DNA of 64,000 nt, from positions 125,736,001 through 125,800,000 of the forward strand of contig NC_042998.1 in the NCBI RefSeq assembly GCF_006345805.1, read 5' to 3'. Positions within the stretch are counted from its first letter, which is position 1; the number at the start of each line of letters is the position of its first letter. Shown here piece after piece: positions 1 through 12,714 of this stretch. Made by a program: the position numbers and the translations under genes. This DNA is from Octopus sinensis. Its lineage: Eukaryota. The notes beneath the pieces were generated by a model. It was given only the letters and a program-made list of their open reading frames with translations, ran no database searches and was not told where the DNA came from.

Positions 1-229
1 TTTGATATATTTCATTTGACTAGAATCAGGGTCACTTTTAAGTACTTGTGGTCCCTGGTACTGTACTAAAGAATCATTAAACTACATATTTTCATATGGT
101 CCTTCACTTAAGGGATTTATGTACCTCCTCAACCCATAGCACCTCTTAAAGATGGTACTGACTAAAATAAAAGTGTCTAAATTTCTTCCTTTATAATTGA
201 GCAGCTAATGACAATAAGATACAGCCAAA

Positions 230-560
230 TGTTAAAATAATGATCTAACCTTATGCATATGCTCAATATGTTACCATAAAAAAAGAAGGTCCTAAATTTG
301 GACAACAAAGTAACTAATAAAACATGCTGTATGTACTCAAGTGTCATTGTGGAAACTGGTCTTGATTAAATATTTCCATCCCAAATTTAATTCCTTGTTT
401 TGTAAGAGTTAGTTTTAAGTAAAGAACATTGTTAACACTGATGAAGAATATGTCTAGCGACCTTAGACATATTCCAAATTTTCTGTTACCACACAAAATA
501 CTTACGTGAGATGGAACTTCTATGAGCCAAAGAAGGACATTTTTATACAATAGTTTGATC
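230..560 (+). mobile_element. Highly degraded Penelope-like GIY-YIG endonuclease relic
   Basis: Broken frames give C-S-I-C...EGPKF, NMLYVLKCHCGN and AKEGHF, resembling the Cys-rich linker and GIY-YIG region of the PLE at 60.4-61.6 kb. Confidence 0.35.
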
Positions 561-722
561 TCCTCTCTTTAGTTTATTGTATTGGAATATCATTCCACTA
601 CAACCACTGCCACCACCACCACCACCACAATATTAATTTAACTGCTTTGATTGACCAGTTACCTAAGTATTATATGTCCACTTTATCAGAGAAGACCGTG
701 ATGAGGACAACAACAGTTGACA

Positions 723-1218
723 GTGGAGGCACAATGGCCCAGTGGTTAGGTCAGCGGACTCGCAGTCGTAAGAACACAGCTTCAATTCCCAGACCGGGCA
801 TTGTGACTGTTTATTGAGCAAAAACACCTAAGCTCCACGAGGCTCCGGCGGGGAGGGGTGGTGAACCCCCGCTGTACTCTTTCACCACAACTTTCTCTCA
901 CTCTTTCTTCCTACTTCTTCCTCAAAGCAGAGGAACCATGGTGTAACCCACTATGGTGTGGTAAACCTCCAGACCCTAGTCTAGATTGTGAATCCTCTGT
1001 ACCCCATGATGGTTCAGCTCTCCACCCATTAAAAGCCACCATTTACGGAATGAGGATAATAACGTAGCTTTCGTGCCTATGCAACTGCCAGTCTATTGCG
1101 TGTGGTGGGTAGATCTTCAAGTTGCCACACGCATTTTTAGTGGTTTAGAGTAGGCTCAAATTAGAGATTATTCTTTGTGCCTAATAGCGTGAGTCCTGAT
1201 TGGAAGAAGAAGAAGAAG
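723..1218 (+). mobile_element. tRNA-derived SINE (family 2 head) with an alternative 3' half and (GAA)n tail
   Basis: Head gtggaggcacaatggcccagtggttagg...ttcaattccc (A/B-box-like). 13-bp TSD acaacagttgaca at 710-722 and 1219-1231. Confidence 0.8.
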
Positions 1219-1359
1219 ACAACAGTTGACATGTATTTTATTAGACTGCAATGTTGAACTAAATTCTTCTGTGGGCAGCAGTAGAAGGTGTTAATAAATT
1301 ACTGTACTGTAACCTGTCTTTAATTACTACTCGAGGATGACCACACTTAACTTTACAAA

Positions 1360-1550
1360 ACCAGTACCACCACCACCACCACTGTTGCTATACCACCATT
1401 ACAAAAATAGTACCACTACTATACTATTAGCAACAGTCCCACTATCATTATCATCATCACCACCACCACCACCAACACCACTGCCATACTAACACCACTG
1501 TATGACTATTACAATAATAGTATTCTATCTCAGTACCACCACCACTATTG
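1360..1550. repeat. Degenerate (CCA/CTA)n low-complexity tract
   Basis: Runs of caccaccac, actactact and catcatcac. Confidence 0.7.
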
Positions 1551-1659
1551 AATATTGTTTTTCCATTTAGTCTTTACAAAAGTCTTTCAAGGTCTTCCTT
1601 CACTACCTTTTCCATAAAAGGGTTATAAACTTTTTTCTATATTCTGTTTCTCTATTAAG

Positions 1660-1848
1660 AGCAATTTCTGGAAGAACATCGAAGAGTGCTGGAATCCCGT
1701 ATGCAGCCAGTGATACGAGAAATCACCGACAGCCGAGCCCAGATCAAAGAAGAATTTGAGAATCTCTATCACAAGATTGTGTTAACCATCCTGCTTCGAT
1801 CTGGTCTTGGTAGCCCATCTGATTTGTCAGTTGTAAGGGAAGCCACAG
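1660..1848 (+). CDS. CFAP206: CFAP206 coding exon (window exon 1; upstream exons outside window)
   Basis: ttaag|AGCAA acceptor and ACAG|gtttgt donor. Translates xQFLEEHRRVLESRMQPVIREITDSRAQIKEEFENLYHKIVLTILLRSGLGSPSDLSVVREAT, recognised as CFAP206 (human FLEEHHRVLESR...LLRSGLGSPTD). Phase 1 at both ends. Confidence 0.93.
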
Positions 1849-2049
1849 GTTTGTATACTCTCCTGTATAGTTACTAGGGGTTCTTTGATTGGTTGTTTGT
1901 TTCTCCTCACTCTAGCAGAAAGGGAAATATCATCTAATTTAGTTGGGTTCTATGTACAAAACTTGTGTGAGGATGTGGGTTAGTGTTGTTTGTCAATTCT
2001 TGAGTTGCACCACACACTCTTTTCCTCTCTTTCTCCCTCTCATTCACCT

Positions 2050-2290
2050 TTGTCATCATCGTCATCACTACTGCTGCAGCCACAGTCATTTTTAGCATTT
2101 GTTTTTCCATATTTGCATTGCTTGGATGGAGTTTATTGAAGCAGATTTTCTACAGCTGGATGCCCTTCCTCTCACCAACCCTTAACTGTTTCCAAGCAAA
2201 GTAATACTTCCCCATGGCCTGACATGTTTTTGCAGAATATTGGAAATGAATGACACCACTTGTAAGTCAGATACACTTGTTTACAAGTAC
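2050..2290 (-). mobile_element. Degraded copy of the (GAT)n-tailed short retroposon
   Basis: Contains ctacagctggatgcccttcct, shared with the copies at 25105 and 41605. Confidence 0.55.
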
Positions 2291-2724
2291 CACATGTCTT
2301 TCTAAGTTGTGACAGGGACTGTAGGAGCTTGAAATTTGCTGTTCCTCAATCATTTAAGTAGTCTTTCATATTTCATATTTTTGTTCCAAGCGCTGAAGAA
2401 GAAGCAGTTTGGGAAAGTTTGCCATATTATATGTATGAGGTCATCAAGAGAGATTATTATATTATAGATTGTGATGCTCCACATTTGTAGCAACTTAGTT
2501 GTGTATTGTCTAAGACAAGAGAGTAACTATGTGTTTAGAAGTCTGCTTCTCAATTACTTGGTTTCAAGTTCAGCCTCAGAGTGTGGCACTTTGGGCAAGT
2601 AACATCTAGTTTAACCCTTGTGGATGGATTTGGTAGACAGAAAGTGAAAGAAGCCTGTTATACACACACACATGCACACAAATGCTTATAAATACATGCA
2701 CTCACAATATATATAAATATATAT

Positions 2725-3270
2725 GATTCCTGATAGGCTGTTGGCTTTCCCTGTCTTCATACCCTTAATTGCTTTATCTACCAAGGCACTGTCAATTCAG
2801 ATAGCTGGTCCCTCAGTTGGGTCAACATTCGGCAGACTCTCTTTCTCCCATTCATTCTCTTCATTTAGCAACCTGTCATAGTGGTGTCTTAAAATCTCTC
2901 TCTTTGCAGCCTCATTAAATGCAAGTGAGCCATCATCCATGCACACACATTTCTCTCCTATGACATCACAATTCTTTCTCACACACTGTCTTTCAATACA
3001 AAACACCTCAAGTCTTTCATCCTCACCATGAAGAACATTGGCAAATTTTTTCTTATCTGCTTCCTCTCTGGCTAAGTAACCCTGTCTCCTAGCTTCCCTT
3101 TTGGCAGTCTGATACAATTCCTTGCTACCACCGTACTTCCAGTCCTTCCATGCCTGTTTCTTTTCCCTAATGGCACTATCAACTACATTGTACCACTGCG
3201 TTACCTTGGATTGAGAGGGGACTTTTGCACCATCCACAGATCTGGTCAATAGCCCTCAACAGGTTGTCAG
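2725..3270 (-). mobile_element. RTE-clade LINE ORF2 fragment (linker between endonuclease and RT)
   Basis: ORF 2797..3249 reads W.N.V..AIREKK.AWK.W...Y..AKR.ARR...YDRLLNEENEW, followed by KAIKGMKTGKA..LSGI, a pattern typical of RTE ORF2 upstream of the RT. Confidence 0.8.
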
Positions 3271-3553
3271 AAAATGGAGAAATATTGATGAACAACAATT
3301 GACTTACATCAATTGTTATTAATTAATTCAATAGAAATATACTGCATCCCGTCTAACAACTGTTTCTGCTTTCAATCTTGTGTATGGTATTGCCATTGAT
3401 ATGCTCAAAATATTTATCATATTTGGAAATAAAACCGACCTGCCATATGCTTGCATATGTATGCCCGTGGTTAAACATAGGTAATATATCGGTATTGTAA
3501 TGGATACTCCTATCCCTTAGATGGTTATTTTAACCTCTAACTCAGGTAACCTA

Positions 3554-3584
<31 letters not shown>

Positions 3585-3609
3585 TGTATTTATCTATTTA
3601 TGTATGTAT

Positions 3610-3860
3610 TTGTGTGTGTGTGTTTGTCCCCACACCATTGCTTGACAATCGATGTTGGTATGTTTACATCCCCGTAACTTAGCGGTTCAGAAAAAGGGAC
3701 CAATATAACATATATAGGAGTTGAATTAATCCTTTAGAATTCAGATTTATTATCTCCCTTGCAGAATAAATCCTGGGGGTCGATTTGTTTGCATAAAGGC
3801 AGTGTTCCAGCATGGCTGCAGTCAAATGGCTGAAACAAGTAAAAGAATAAAAGAATATAT
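3610..3860 (+). mobile_element. 3' half of SINE family 3, carrying a 47-bp foreign insert
   Basis: tttgtccccac...gtaacttagcggttc...ggggtcgatttg...gaaacaagtaaaagaataaaag, matching 14797-15235. Confidence 0.8.
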
Positions 3861-4845
3861 ATATATAGTGTTCGTATTTACAGAAAACAAAAGATAATGA
3901 CAGGTGAGGGAACAACAAGTAAGTGTTTTAGTTTAACGCTAGGAAAGAATGAAAAAGCCCTTGACTTTTCAAGCCTATGCTCTTCGACAGAAAGGACTGA
4001 GAGCAGTAAAAGAATGGAAAGAGAATGAAAAACACGTATGTGTGTGTATATATCTGTGTGTGTGTGTGTTTCCTTGTCTTGACATTGTATAGTTGTAAAC
4101 AAGCATCATACAAGTGGTGTCGTTCTTTCCCAATATTCTATGGAAACATGTCAGGCCATAACGAAATATCATCTTACTTAGAAATAGGTGAGTTTCCGGC
4201 GAAAGTGGGGGCGCCTGGCCATAGAAACTCTGTTTCATCCAATACCGTCTGACTCCTGCAAGAATGGAACAGTGGGCATTGAAACAACGACAATGATGAT
4301 GATGATGATGACGACGACGATTGTATGTTTATGCAGTTGAAAGAGTTAAGGTTGTTATAGAACCTTTGGAGAAAATGTTTTGTTTATGCATGGTGTCGTT
4401 ACATGACACCATGTTTCCGAAATACGTATAACTGTTATGACTTTATGCTGTTTCAAGAGCCGAGATAAACATGTGTTTTTTAAGCTAATTGTTTGGACTA
4501 ATTTTTTTCTTTGCTTTTTATTAAGTTGCCTCTTGTTACTTTGCCTGCCATAAATGTTATTAAATGCTGTAAGAGTGTATGAAAGGCCGGACGAAAATCA
4601 AAGATTAAACCGTATATTCAAATCTGTATAAGTTGGGGAAGAGAAAAAGCAGAATAAAATGTAGCTAAATGTATCGGTCTCTTGTTTCAGAAAGCAAATC
4701 TCAGTGCAATCACCTAAAATAAATCAGCTTTGAAAAGGGAAATAACTGTAGCAACAGGATACCTTTAATTATTTCCCTTGCAACATTTTATGTTACATTG
4801 TATTCATTCCTAGACTTTATTTTTGTTGTCATGTTTTATTTTCCT

Positions 4846-4891
4846 TTCATTCATTCATTCATTCATTCATTCATTCATTCATTCATTCATT
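4846..4891. repeat. (TTCA)n microsatellite
   Basis: Perfect tetranucleotide run. Confidence 0.95.
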
Positions 4892-5328
4892 CGTAATCCA
4901 ATATCTGACGGAAGAACGAAGTTACATGCTAAGCATCAGTAATATAAAGTGTTCAATTTATGTGACCGCCTCTTTAAAAGGCTTTGTCATATGTCAAATC
5001 AAATGAAATTAATATTTGAATTAAATTCAGAGTAATGCTTCTAGAGGCTCGGAAGTAAAATGCTACATGGGTCGGGGGATGCCTTATCTGAAATATCGAT
5101 CAACTGAAATTGAAAATTTTAGACATACCATTGCTGTGGTTTAGTTTCTAGCCAGGTTGAACAGACCTATGCTTAAAGACATTCTGATGAGCTTTTTCTT
5201 CTTTAAGATGGTATGATGTGATTCGAGGAAATTTGGTTGCTATTTCTAGCGGGTAGGGGCGCCTACACTTAAAATTCATTTGTGATGACTTCTTAGTGTA
5301 TTTCCTGTGACTAAGACATTACAATTGA

Positions 5329-5558
5329 TTAACCCTTCCATTACCATATTTCTACTGAAGTATACAGACTTTACTTCAGTTAATTTTTAAGATAATTAAA
5401 AATTTCGTAAAATAATTTTGTCATTATTAAGCTGTTGTTTGGAATTTAAATTCGCATAAAATTTTGATGGAAGAATTGAATTTAGATCACTTTAAATCAA
5501 GATGTTTGTGTTCTAGAACCAGGGGAGGACACAGGTGGGTTGGTAACAAAAGGGTCAA
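5329..5558 (+). mobile_element. piggyBac-like MITE family B
   Basis: TTAA-CCCTT...AAGGG-TCAA termini. The body is homologous to 24497-24724. Confidence 0.65.
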
Positions 5559-5664
5559 TGTCTATTTCGGGTGAGTATTTACTTGACTCCACCTTTTTAA
5601 TTGATTAGACAAAGCTTCAAAGGTAAATATTTCCGTTATGGCCCAAACGTATGGTGGAGTTGAA

Positions 5665-5871
5665 TTAACCCTTTAGCATTCAGATTTATTATCTCCCTTG
5701 CAACATTATTTATTTATTTTATTTCGATAATCAGACATTATCTTGTAGCTTCAAGATTTCAATGATAAGATTGTATATTTTTAGAATGACATTGTTGGAT
5801 AGGTGTGAGAGTCTGGATCTGGTCACTTTTAACATAAACCACATAGAATATTTAGGCTGCTAAAGGGTTAA
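5665..5871 (+). mobile_element. piggyBac-like MITE family A
   Basis: TTAA|CCCTTTAGCA...TGCTAAAGGG|TTAA: TTAA TSD plus TIRs. Homologues at 27047 and 52444. Confidence 0.8.
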
Positions 5872-6495
5872 ACTTTGCACCTAAGGAAGAAAAGAAAAAA
5901 ATCTCAATCCTTTTGGCATTTTTCTTTGTTTAATAGGTTTGGTTTATTTTAAAGTTATATTTTGTAGTAGTGTTGCTTTATTTTATTTGGAATTTATGAC
6001 TCGTGTATCTAATTGAACATGAAAAAGAAATATTAACAATAACTATGAAGAGCACAAAAGGTTATTTAGTTCAAATTTCAGGATTTTAATTGGATGAAAA
6101 ATAAATTTTAAGGTATGTTCAAAAGATCAGTGCCTGCTTTTGAAATGTAGGGGAAATGAAGTGCATAGCATCAAGGGATATCTAAGGAGGATTTGAACTC
6201 AACATATGACACTGGATATTTTATCCAGTTGGTAATTTCAAAAAATATATTGCATCAAAATTATTGTAGCTACTGTTATTGTTTGTTGTAGTAGTAATAG
6301 TAGCAGCAGTTTGTCAGGATATGGTGTTGTCATAACACTACAGAACTTTTACAAGAATATAAAGTATTTGAAACAAGGAAAGAACTCAAGCCTTCTGAAA
6401 ATCCTTTGTTTAATAGTTTAAATATTTGATTGTCTATTAACTTACCTGATTTTTTTCATAATGTCTGATTCTGCCCCTTTTTATTATTACACCAG

Positions 6496-6654
6496 CGGCT
6501 GTCCAGAGTGTTTTTCCTCAAGCAGAACTTGGGACATTCTTAGCTTTGGCCAAAGGAGATAAAGAACGTCAGCTTATGGAACTGACCATGATAAGCACTG
6601 GAATCCGACTGTTTAATAAGGAGTATTGCAAAGGTGGAAAAGGTATTGATGATT
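6496..6654 (+). CDS. CFAP206: CFAP206 coding exon (window exon 2)
   Basis: accag|CG acceptor and GATT|gtaagt donor. Encodes AAVQSVFPQAELGTFLALAKGDKERQLMELTMISTGIRLFNKEYCKGGKGIDD, close to CFAP206 SVFPQAELGTFL...GIRLFN..GKGG.GIDD. Phase matches both neighbours. Confidence 0.95.
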
Positions 6655-8454
6655 GTAAGTACAGAAATCGATCCATTTATTGTTGTATATTGTAACATTG
6701 AAAGAAATTTAATAACTGTGGGTACTGGAGTTTATCTAATAAAATGCTTTACAAACATAGAGAGAAGAGAGTATTGATCAGATAAATCTACCTGTTTAAG
6801 AAGGATTATTGTAAGGCAGAAAAGGTATTGATAATTGTATGTACGGAAATCTATTTATTGTAGAATATTGTAGCATTAGAAAAAAAGAGATTTGATAACT
6901 GTGGGACTGGATCTCATACAGTAAAATGCATTGTAAATGTATAGAGAATAGAGTATTAGCCATGTAAGTAAATGTATCATTTTAAAGCAAATTATGGCAG
7001 AATCTTTAGAGAGCCTGACAAAATATCTTGTTGTTGTTCTGAGTTCAAAGCCAGCTTGGGTGAACTTCTTGACTTTCATTCTTCCAGAGTCAGTAGCCTA
7101 AAGAACTGGTCCAGGGCAGTGGATTGTCAGAGTTGTCTGAGTATTGGACAAAATGCTTTGCAGTATTTGTTGAGTTTTCTGATGAGTGTGACAAACTTGG
7201 TTGTATCTAAGCTGACAAGATAGTAGCTTGTGAAAAATACTCAAAAGAAGGTAATAGGCAACCCCCAGCATATAGCACTAACCAAAAAATGTCACTGGGA
7301 ATTATTCATCAACTTGACAGTAAAAGGAAGGAATTATAATGATTTGATGTCTAAATGACTGTGATGAGTTGTTAACAAAGTTATGATTGTCTACTTCATC
7401 AGCCTCATCTTGAGAGTATTCTCTGATCATCTTCAGATGTTTTATTCCTGGGTGTGTATATAGTCTTAGGCAGTATTTAAATTAAGAATATTTATTTCTT
7501 AACAAAAACTGGAGAAATAAATCTATCTAACAAAAAAACTGTTACAAACTCTGGGATAGAACTATCAATGTAAGTACAGAAACCAATATTAATAAGAATA
7601 ATTAAAGAATCCTGATGATCAGTCAAAGACTAAAGAATTTGTAATTTGCCACCATCAACTATGTTATCTATTTTTATTTAAAACTTTTAAATCTCTATGG
7701 ATCAGTCCAACTAGTTATAATGGGTGTTTTAAAAAGGTATGTGTTAAGATTGCATTAGATAATTATTAATTGTTTCTTTAACTAGCTGTACTAAGTTTAA
7801 CACTTTTCATTACTAAAGCCATTTGATATTATAAGCAAGTAACATCTGCTTACCATAAAAAAAATAAACAATGAATTCATTAAACATAATACAACCATGG
7901 AAGTGAATGCAAGGTTTGGAAAGAATGGAGAGAAAAAAAAATAGAAATAATACATTTCTAAATCTCTCAGAGAGATTTATACAATAGTAACATGATAAAG
8001 TGGTGGTATGTTGTCAACTTAATGTGACAGTCCCATGAAAGGGAAGAGTACTACTAATTTATGCAGTGTAATCTGAAATGATATCAAAAATATAACAATT
8101 TCAAAGGAGTGCTTTAAAGAGAATTATAAATACTTGATCTCTTCAATTAAAATTGTTATAGTGTTTAACAGGGAATTTTTCAAGAACTAATATTTGTTTC
8201 ATGAAGAGCATTATATTGTTTAATACATATCATTGGTGGGTGGGGAGAGGTCATTACAAGATTTAATAAGTGTTGCTTTAGGGAGAATTGCCAGATAAAC
8301 AAGAGTCTCTGTTAGTATCTAAATATCTGGACAAATTAATCACTTCACTGGTTGAAAAATGATTGGTTCAAATATTGTTTATTGATATTGTTTCACATCA
8401 GTAGGAAAGTCACTTAACTGTCAGTGAACATTCCTTATTACTATTAGGTTCTGT

Positions 8455-8880
8455 AAAGGTGGCAAGCTGGCAGAATTGTTTGCACACCAAATAAAATCCT
8501 TACCAGCATTTCTTCTGGCTCTTGACCTTCTGAAAAATCAAATAACACTGAGGTTGACATTGCCTTACGTCTTTTGAGGGTCAATAAAATAAGTACCAGT
8601 TAAGCACTGGGGTCGATAAAGTTTCAAGCTTTGCATCTATAGTAGAAGGGATTATTAGGTTCTGTAAAGATGGCAAGCTGGCAGAATCATAAGCACACCA
8701 CATAAAATGCTTAGTGGCATTTTGTCTGGCTCTTTAATGTTCTGAGATCAAATACCACTGAGGTCAGATTTGCTTTCATCCTTTCAGGGTCAATAAAATA
8801 AGTACCAGTTAATTAATGTTATCAATGTAATTGACTAGCTACCTTCCTCAAAATTTCAAGCCTTGTGCCTATAGCATAAG
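8455..8880 (+). mobile_element. Two tandem copies of tRNA-derived SINE family 1
   Basis: Each starts ggtggcaagctggcagaat (A box) and continues ...tttcatcctttc.ggg..aataaaataagtaccagt...gtagaaggg-attatt. Confidence 0.8.
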
Positions 8881-9517
8881 TGTGAGAGGTTGGATCTGGC
8901 CAGTTTGAACATAAAACGGGTAGTATATTTTGGCCAGGTATGTTTAGATGCTAAAGGGCTAATCAGTACACCAATAATCACACTAGACGTCTCTTGTCGG
9001 GGGAGATAACTGGTATAGTTCTTTCACATCTATGAATAAATCAGTTAGAGAATCGTCCTTGCTTCTCTGTATGCATGATAGCTAAATAAAAACAAAAACA
9101 AATTGGGAGCATTACATATCTATCAATTCGTTACTTGCACTGTTGATTTGAAGTTGTCTTATGAAACTTGATGAAGTGTGATGGATTGAGCTTGATGTGT
9201 GGGAGGCAGTGCTTCAGTTTTATTATGATTGTGTGAGGTAAAGTGAGAAAATACGCTTTAGCCATTAAAGAATGCTTCACACACACACATGCGCGCGCGC
9301 ACACACTCACAGACTACTTGCGTGTGAACATACGCACACTTTATTAAGGCACATTTTATGAAAACGCACAAACATAATTTAGAAAAACACACATTTGTTG
9401 ATGCACCTGTACATATCCATATGCACACACACACAAAATATAACTCACACATATTGTTCCCATACTTTTGGGTTTATCAGCAGAAATGTTATATTTCTAA
9501 TTGTCCTTCAATTTCAG

Positions 9518-9610
9518 TGCCAGCCATTTTGACCAAAGCCATTCCACAGACGTCAAAAACTATCGAGAGAGATATCCACAATACAAGTGAATACATAAAT
9601 AAGTACACCT
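9518..9610 (+). CDS. CFAP206: CFAP206 coding exon (window exon 3)
   Basis: atttcag|TG acceptor and ACCT|gtgagt donor. Encodes LPAILTKAIPQTSKTIERDIHNTSEYINKYT (cf. LPAVL..AIP.T). Phase 1 to 1. Confidence 0.88.
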
Positions 9611-11816
9611 GTGAGTAACAACTATTTCTAATAAGAATCAGTAGCATATCGGATTCTCTATGCAGATTGCTTGATCTGCTAAATATAATATAAGCTAAAT
9701 TCTAAATTCTTCCAATTACATGTTACTAGTGTGACTGAATGGTCAAAGGTGGAGTGCCTTTGGCTATAAGTGTACTCAAGTCTGCCCAGTTGTAAAGGTG
9801 GCCTAAGATTATATATAAAACTTACTGGAAAACGTTGGAAAAACATCATCTTGGCTTAACAACCCTCACCATTTGTTTTTACTGTTTTGTTTTCACTGTC
9901 CTGTTTTTGTTACCACATTCACCCTCCGCAAAAAAATCCCAAATTTTATTTAATTTGCTTTGTAGGAAAGACTGTTTTAATGAAGTCACGTCTTGTCCCT
10001 AGCTTCGAAATGCGGAGTACATAAAACAGGGGACAACTGATGAAGGGAATGTTCTTTATGTTGCCTGTCTTATTTCTCTGTTTGTTTCTTTTGTTGTTCA
10101 AAAGAGTTCGTTTTCTATGTTTTTGTTTTTTTATGTTCTCATTTCTCATTTTGTCTACGTTTTTTTGATGTCCTATACCCATATATGTATGTATCATCAT
10201 GTATATATACATATATATATAGGTATGTAAATATGTGTATGTATATATGCATAGAGTTATATATATATATAATGTACTGTTCCATGATGGTAAGATCGAC
10301 AAAAAAAGTACTGCATCTGGCTAGAGATAAATATAATTTAATAGACACAATATGTGTTTATATATGCTACTAATAGTTTCATATGTTGAGAAATACCTCA
10401 AACATATTCATCAGGCACAAACCACATATTATAACGAACTAAAAATTGAACGAGAGAAGAAACGTAAAAATTTGAGATGGAAGCATATAGAAAATGTGGA
10501 AGGTTAAAAAACGGAAAACGAAAATTAAAACTTAAAATGTTAAAAAAGTAAAAGAGTTATCTTCCTTAGATCTCAAGTTATAAGGCTGGAAAAATATGAA
10601 CAAGTTAATATTAACCTCTTTTATTCATGTAAGTGCCTAAGTGACAATCTGGATAAGCTAGAGTTTGCAGAAAAAGAAATCAGCCAGCTATTTTGCACAT
10701 TGAAAATACAATCTGTAAATGGAACAGTAATAATATACAAGACTTTTCTCAAGTTTAAAGTGTGATATTGTTTTTGTCATTTAAATTTCACTGAATGAGC
10801 TTTATATCTTTGTTAAAAACCAGTCCTTCCTTGCAGGAAGATTCCAAATAATGTATATGCATTAACACACATACATACATTCATACATACATAAGTATAT
10901 ATATGTACATACATACGTACGTATGTACATAGGTATATATGTACATGCATATGTATGTTAATGCATATACATTATGTATGTACATACATACATTCATTCA
11001 TTCAAGGGGTGAGAGTACCTTGTGGTATTTGTTCTAGCTCTCTGTGCACACAGTTCAAATTATTTCAAGGTAAGCTTTACCTTTCTTCTTTTCAGGAAGA
11101 TAAAATAAAGCACACATCCAGAGCAGTGGATTGGTGGAATTGTTAGTGTTTAGACAAGATGTCACGTGGTTTTTGCTTTGGTTCTTTCCTCTCTGAGTTC
11201 TTGAATGATAGGCTTAATCTGTTGCTTAGTTTGACATTACATCCTGCTCCTTGGGTGCCTTTAATAGAGATCACTCTACCGCAAGCATTGGAGTGATCTC
11301 TCTGGTATAAGGATAACTTCCCCATTGCCTTTCATCAGTCTCAGAGAGCACGAAAAAAAGGATAATTGGTGTTATCCTTCCCTCTCCACATGGTAAAAAC
11401 AAATTGACCAGCAAGATACTTTTTGTTGGGTAGGCTTAGTATATAGGAAAAGTGTGGATCTCTAAGTGGATAGGACCAAGTGATCATACATCCTGTAATT
11501 GTTGCTGCATGTGTACATGGCCAAGATCCTTAGGTCTAATATATACAGATAGTGATATAAATCACTGACGTAATCAATGCTACACTTGGGAATTGACTTG
11601 TGATTCATGAGCTTATAGTGCTGACTTGGCTTATCTCATGATCCTGTAGCAAAAGATTATTATATTAGACCAGCATCCTATCCAGGGGAAAATGTTTCTC
11701 TCATCTTATGAAAGTTATAAGATAAATGTAGACCATATGGATTCTTCTGATTTTGAAAAGAATAAAGGAAATGCTATGAAGGTGTTGAATGGGTTACACT
11801 GTGTACAAAGAAGACA

Positions 11817-11850
<34 letters not shown>

Positions 11851-12230
11851 AAATGGAGTAAGCTGCCAAAATTATCTGTAAAGTTTGAATAGTATTTTAT
11901 TTGCTATTCAAATGGCTGAGTGAACTTGATAGTGAACTATTAATTTATAAATCATATGAAAGTACTATCTACTATAGTCTAAAATCTTCTCAAGATGAAT
12001 ACTTGTCTCTTATTTGCTCAGTTCCATGGATTTTGTGGTCCTTTGGGAACATTTAGATTTTTTGCATTAATACTTTATCCGAGGAATATAGAAATGTCTT
12101 TTTTTAAGTTATCACTCCTTTTACTTATATGCTTGCATGTTACTGATGTTGTTTTGATGTTACTGTTGTTAATCATATACACATTTGTAATTTCGACCAT
12201 TGTTTTCACTGCTTGCTTTCATATTTACAG

Positions 12231-12355
12231 CTATTCTTCATCATATTCTGACACTGGAACAAAAGCAAGATAAAATAACTCCTGGTCTGTTGAATCTGAT
12301 GAAACAATCATTAATCAATGTTCGTCAGTTGGAATCATTTTTGCACATCATTCTG
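12231..12355 (+). CDS. CFAP206: CFAP206 coding exon (window exon 4)
   Basis: atttacag|CT acceptor and CTG|gttagt donor. Encodes SILHHILTLEQKQDKITPGLLNLMKQSLINVRQLESFLHIIL (cf. MLKEALYNIRQYEVFLQIIL). Phase 1 to 0. Too short for the ORF track. Confidence 0.88.
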
Positions 12356-12714
12356 GTTAGTTAAGTTTACTGAGTAAACACCCCTTCTTACTTATAAGGA
12401 GTTTTATGTTGTTTTGAAGACTGAATTATGAATCACATGAGTGAATCCAGCACCAGAAATAACAAAAAAAAAAAATCTATTTCTTGTTTATTGCTACTGT
12501 TGCAGGTTAAAGAAGAAACTGGTATGCTGTTACTGTATTTATTCAATCTAAGAGATGAATATACATCAATAAAAATACTGTTATTTCAAACAGGCATCAC
12601 ATTGTTCAAGATTTAAATCAGTGTTTAAACATAAACATGAATACTTCCCAAAACACAGACTATTTAAGGGTCAATGATTTGCTGGCTCTTGTTTCTTGAT
12701 GTTAAGTAGTGATA

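Noticed and set aside
344-550. 68-aa minus-strand ORF as a second gene
   Set aside because: No recognisable protein or splice context. The plus strand is better explained as a GIY-YIG relic.
723-800. tRNA-like sequences (also at 13260-13333, 14797, 33710-33778, 57362)
   Set aside because: They are SINE heads continuing into repeat bodies with TSDs. No complete cloverleaf or terminator.
5118-5140. Minus-strand ATG|gtatgt suggesting the first exon of a nested gene
   Set aside because: It lies at the edge of a common interspersed repeat (similar sequence at 25680, 43920, 51830, 56560). No downstream exon was found.
12428-12616. ttgcag|GTTAAAGAAGAAACTG|gtatg micro-exon candidate near 12506-12521
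   Set aside because: 16 nt, frameshifting, no CFAP206 similarity, and exons 4 and 5 already join in phase.
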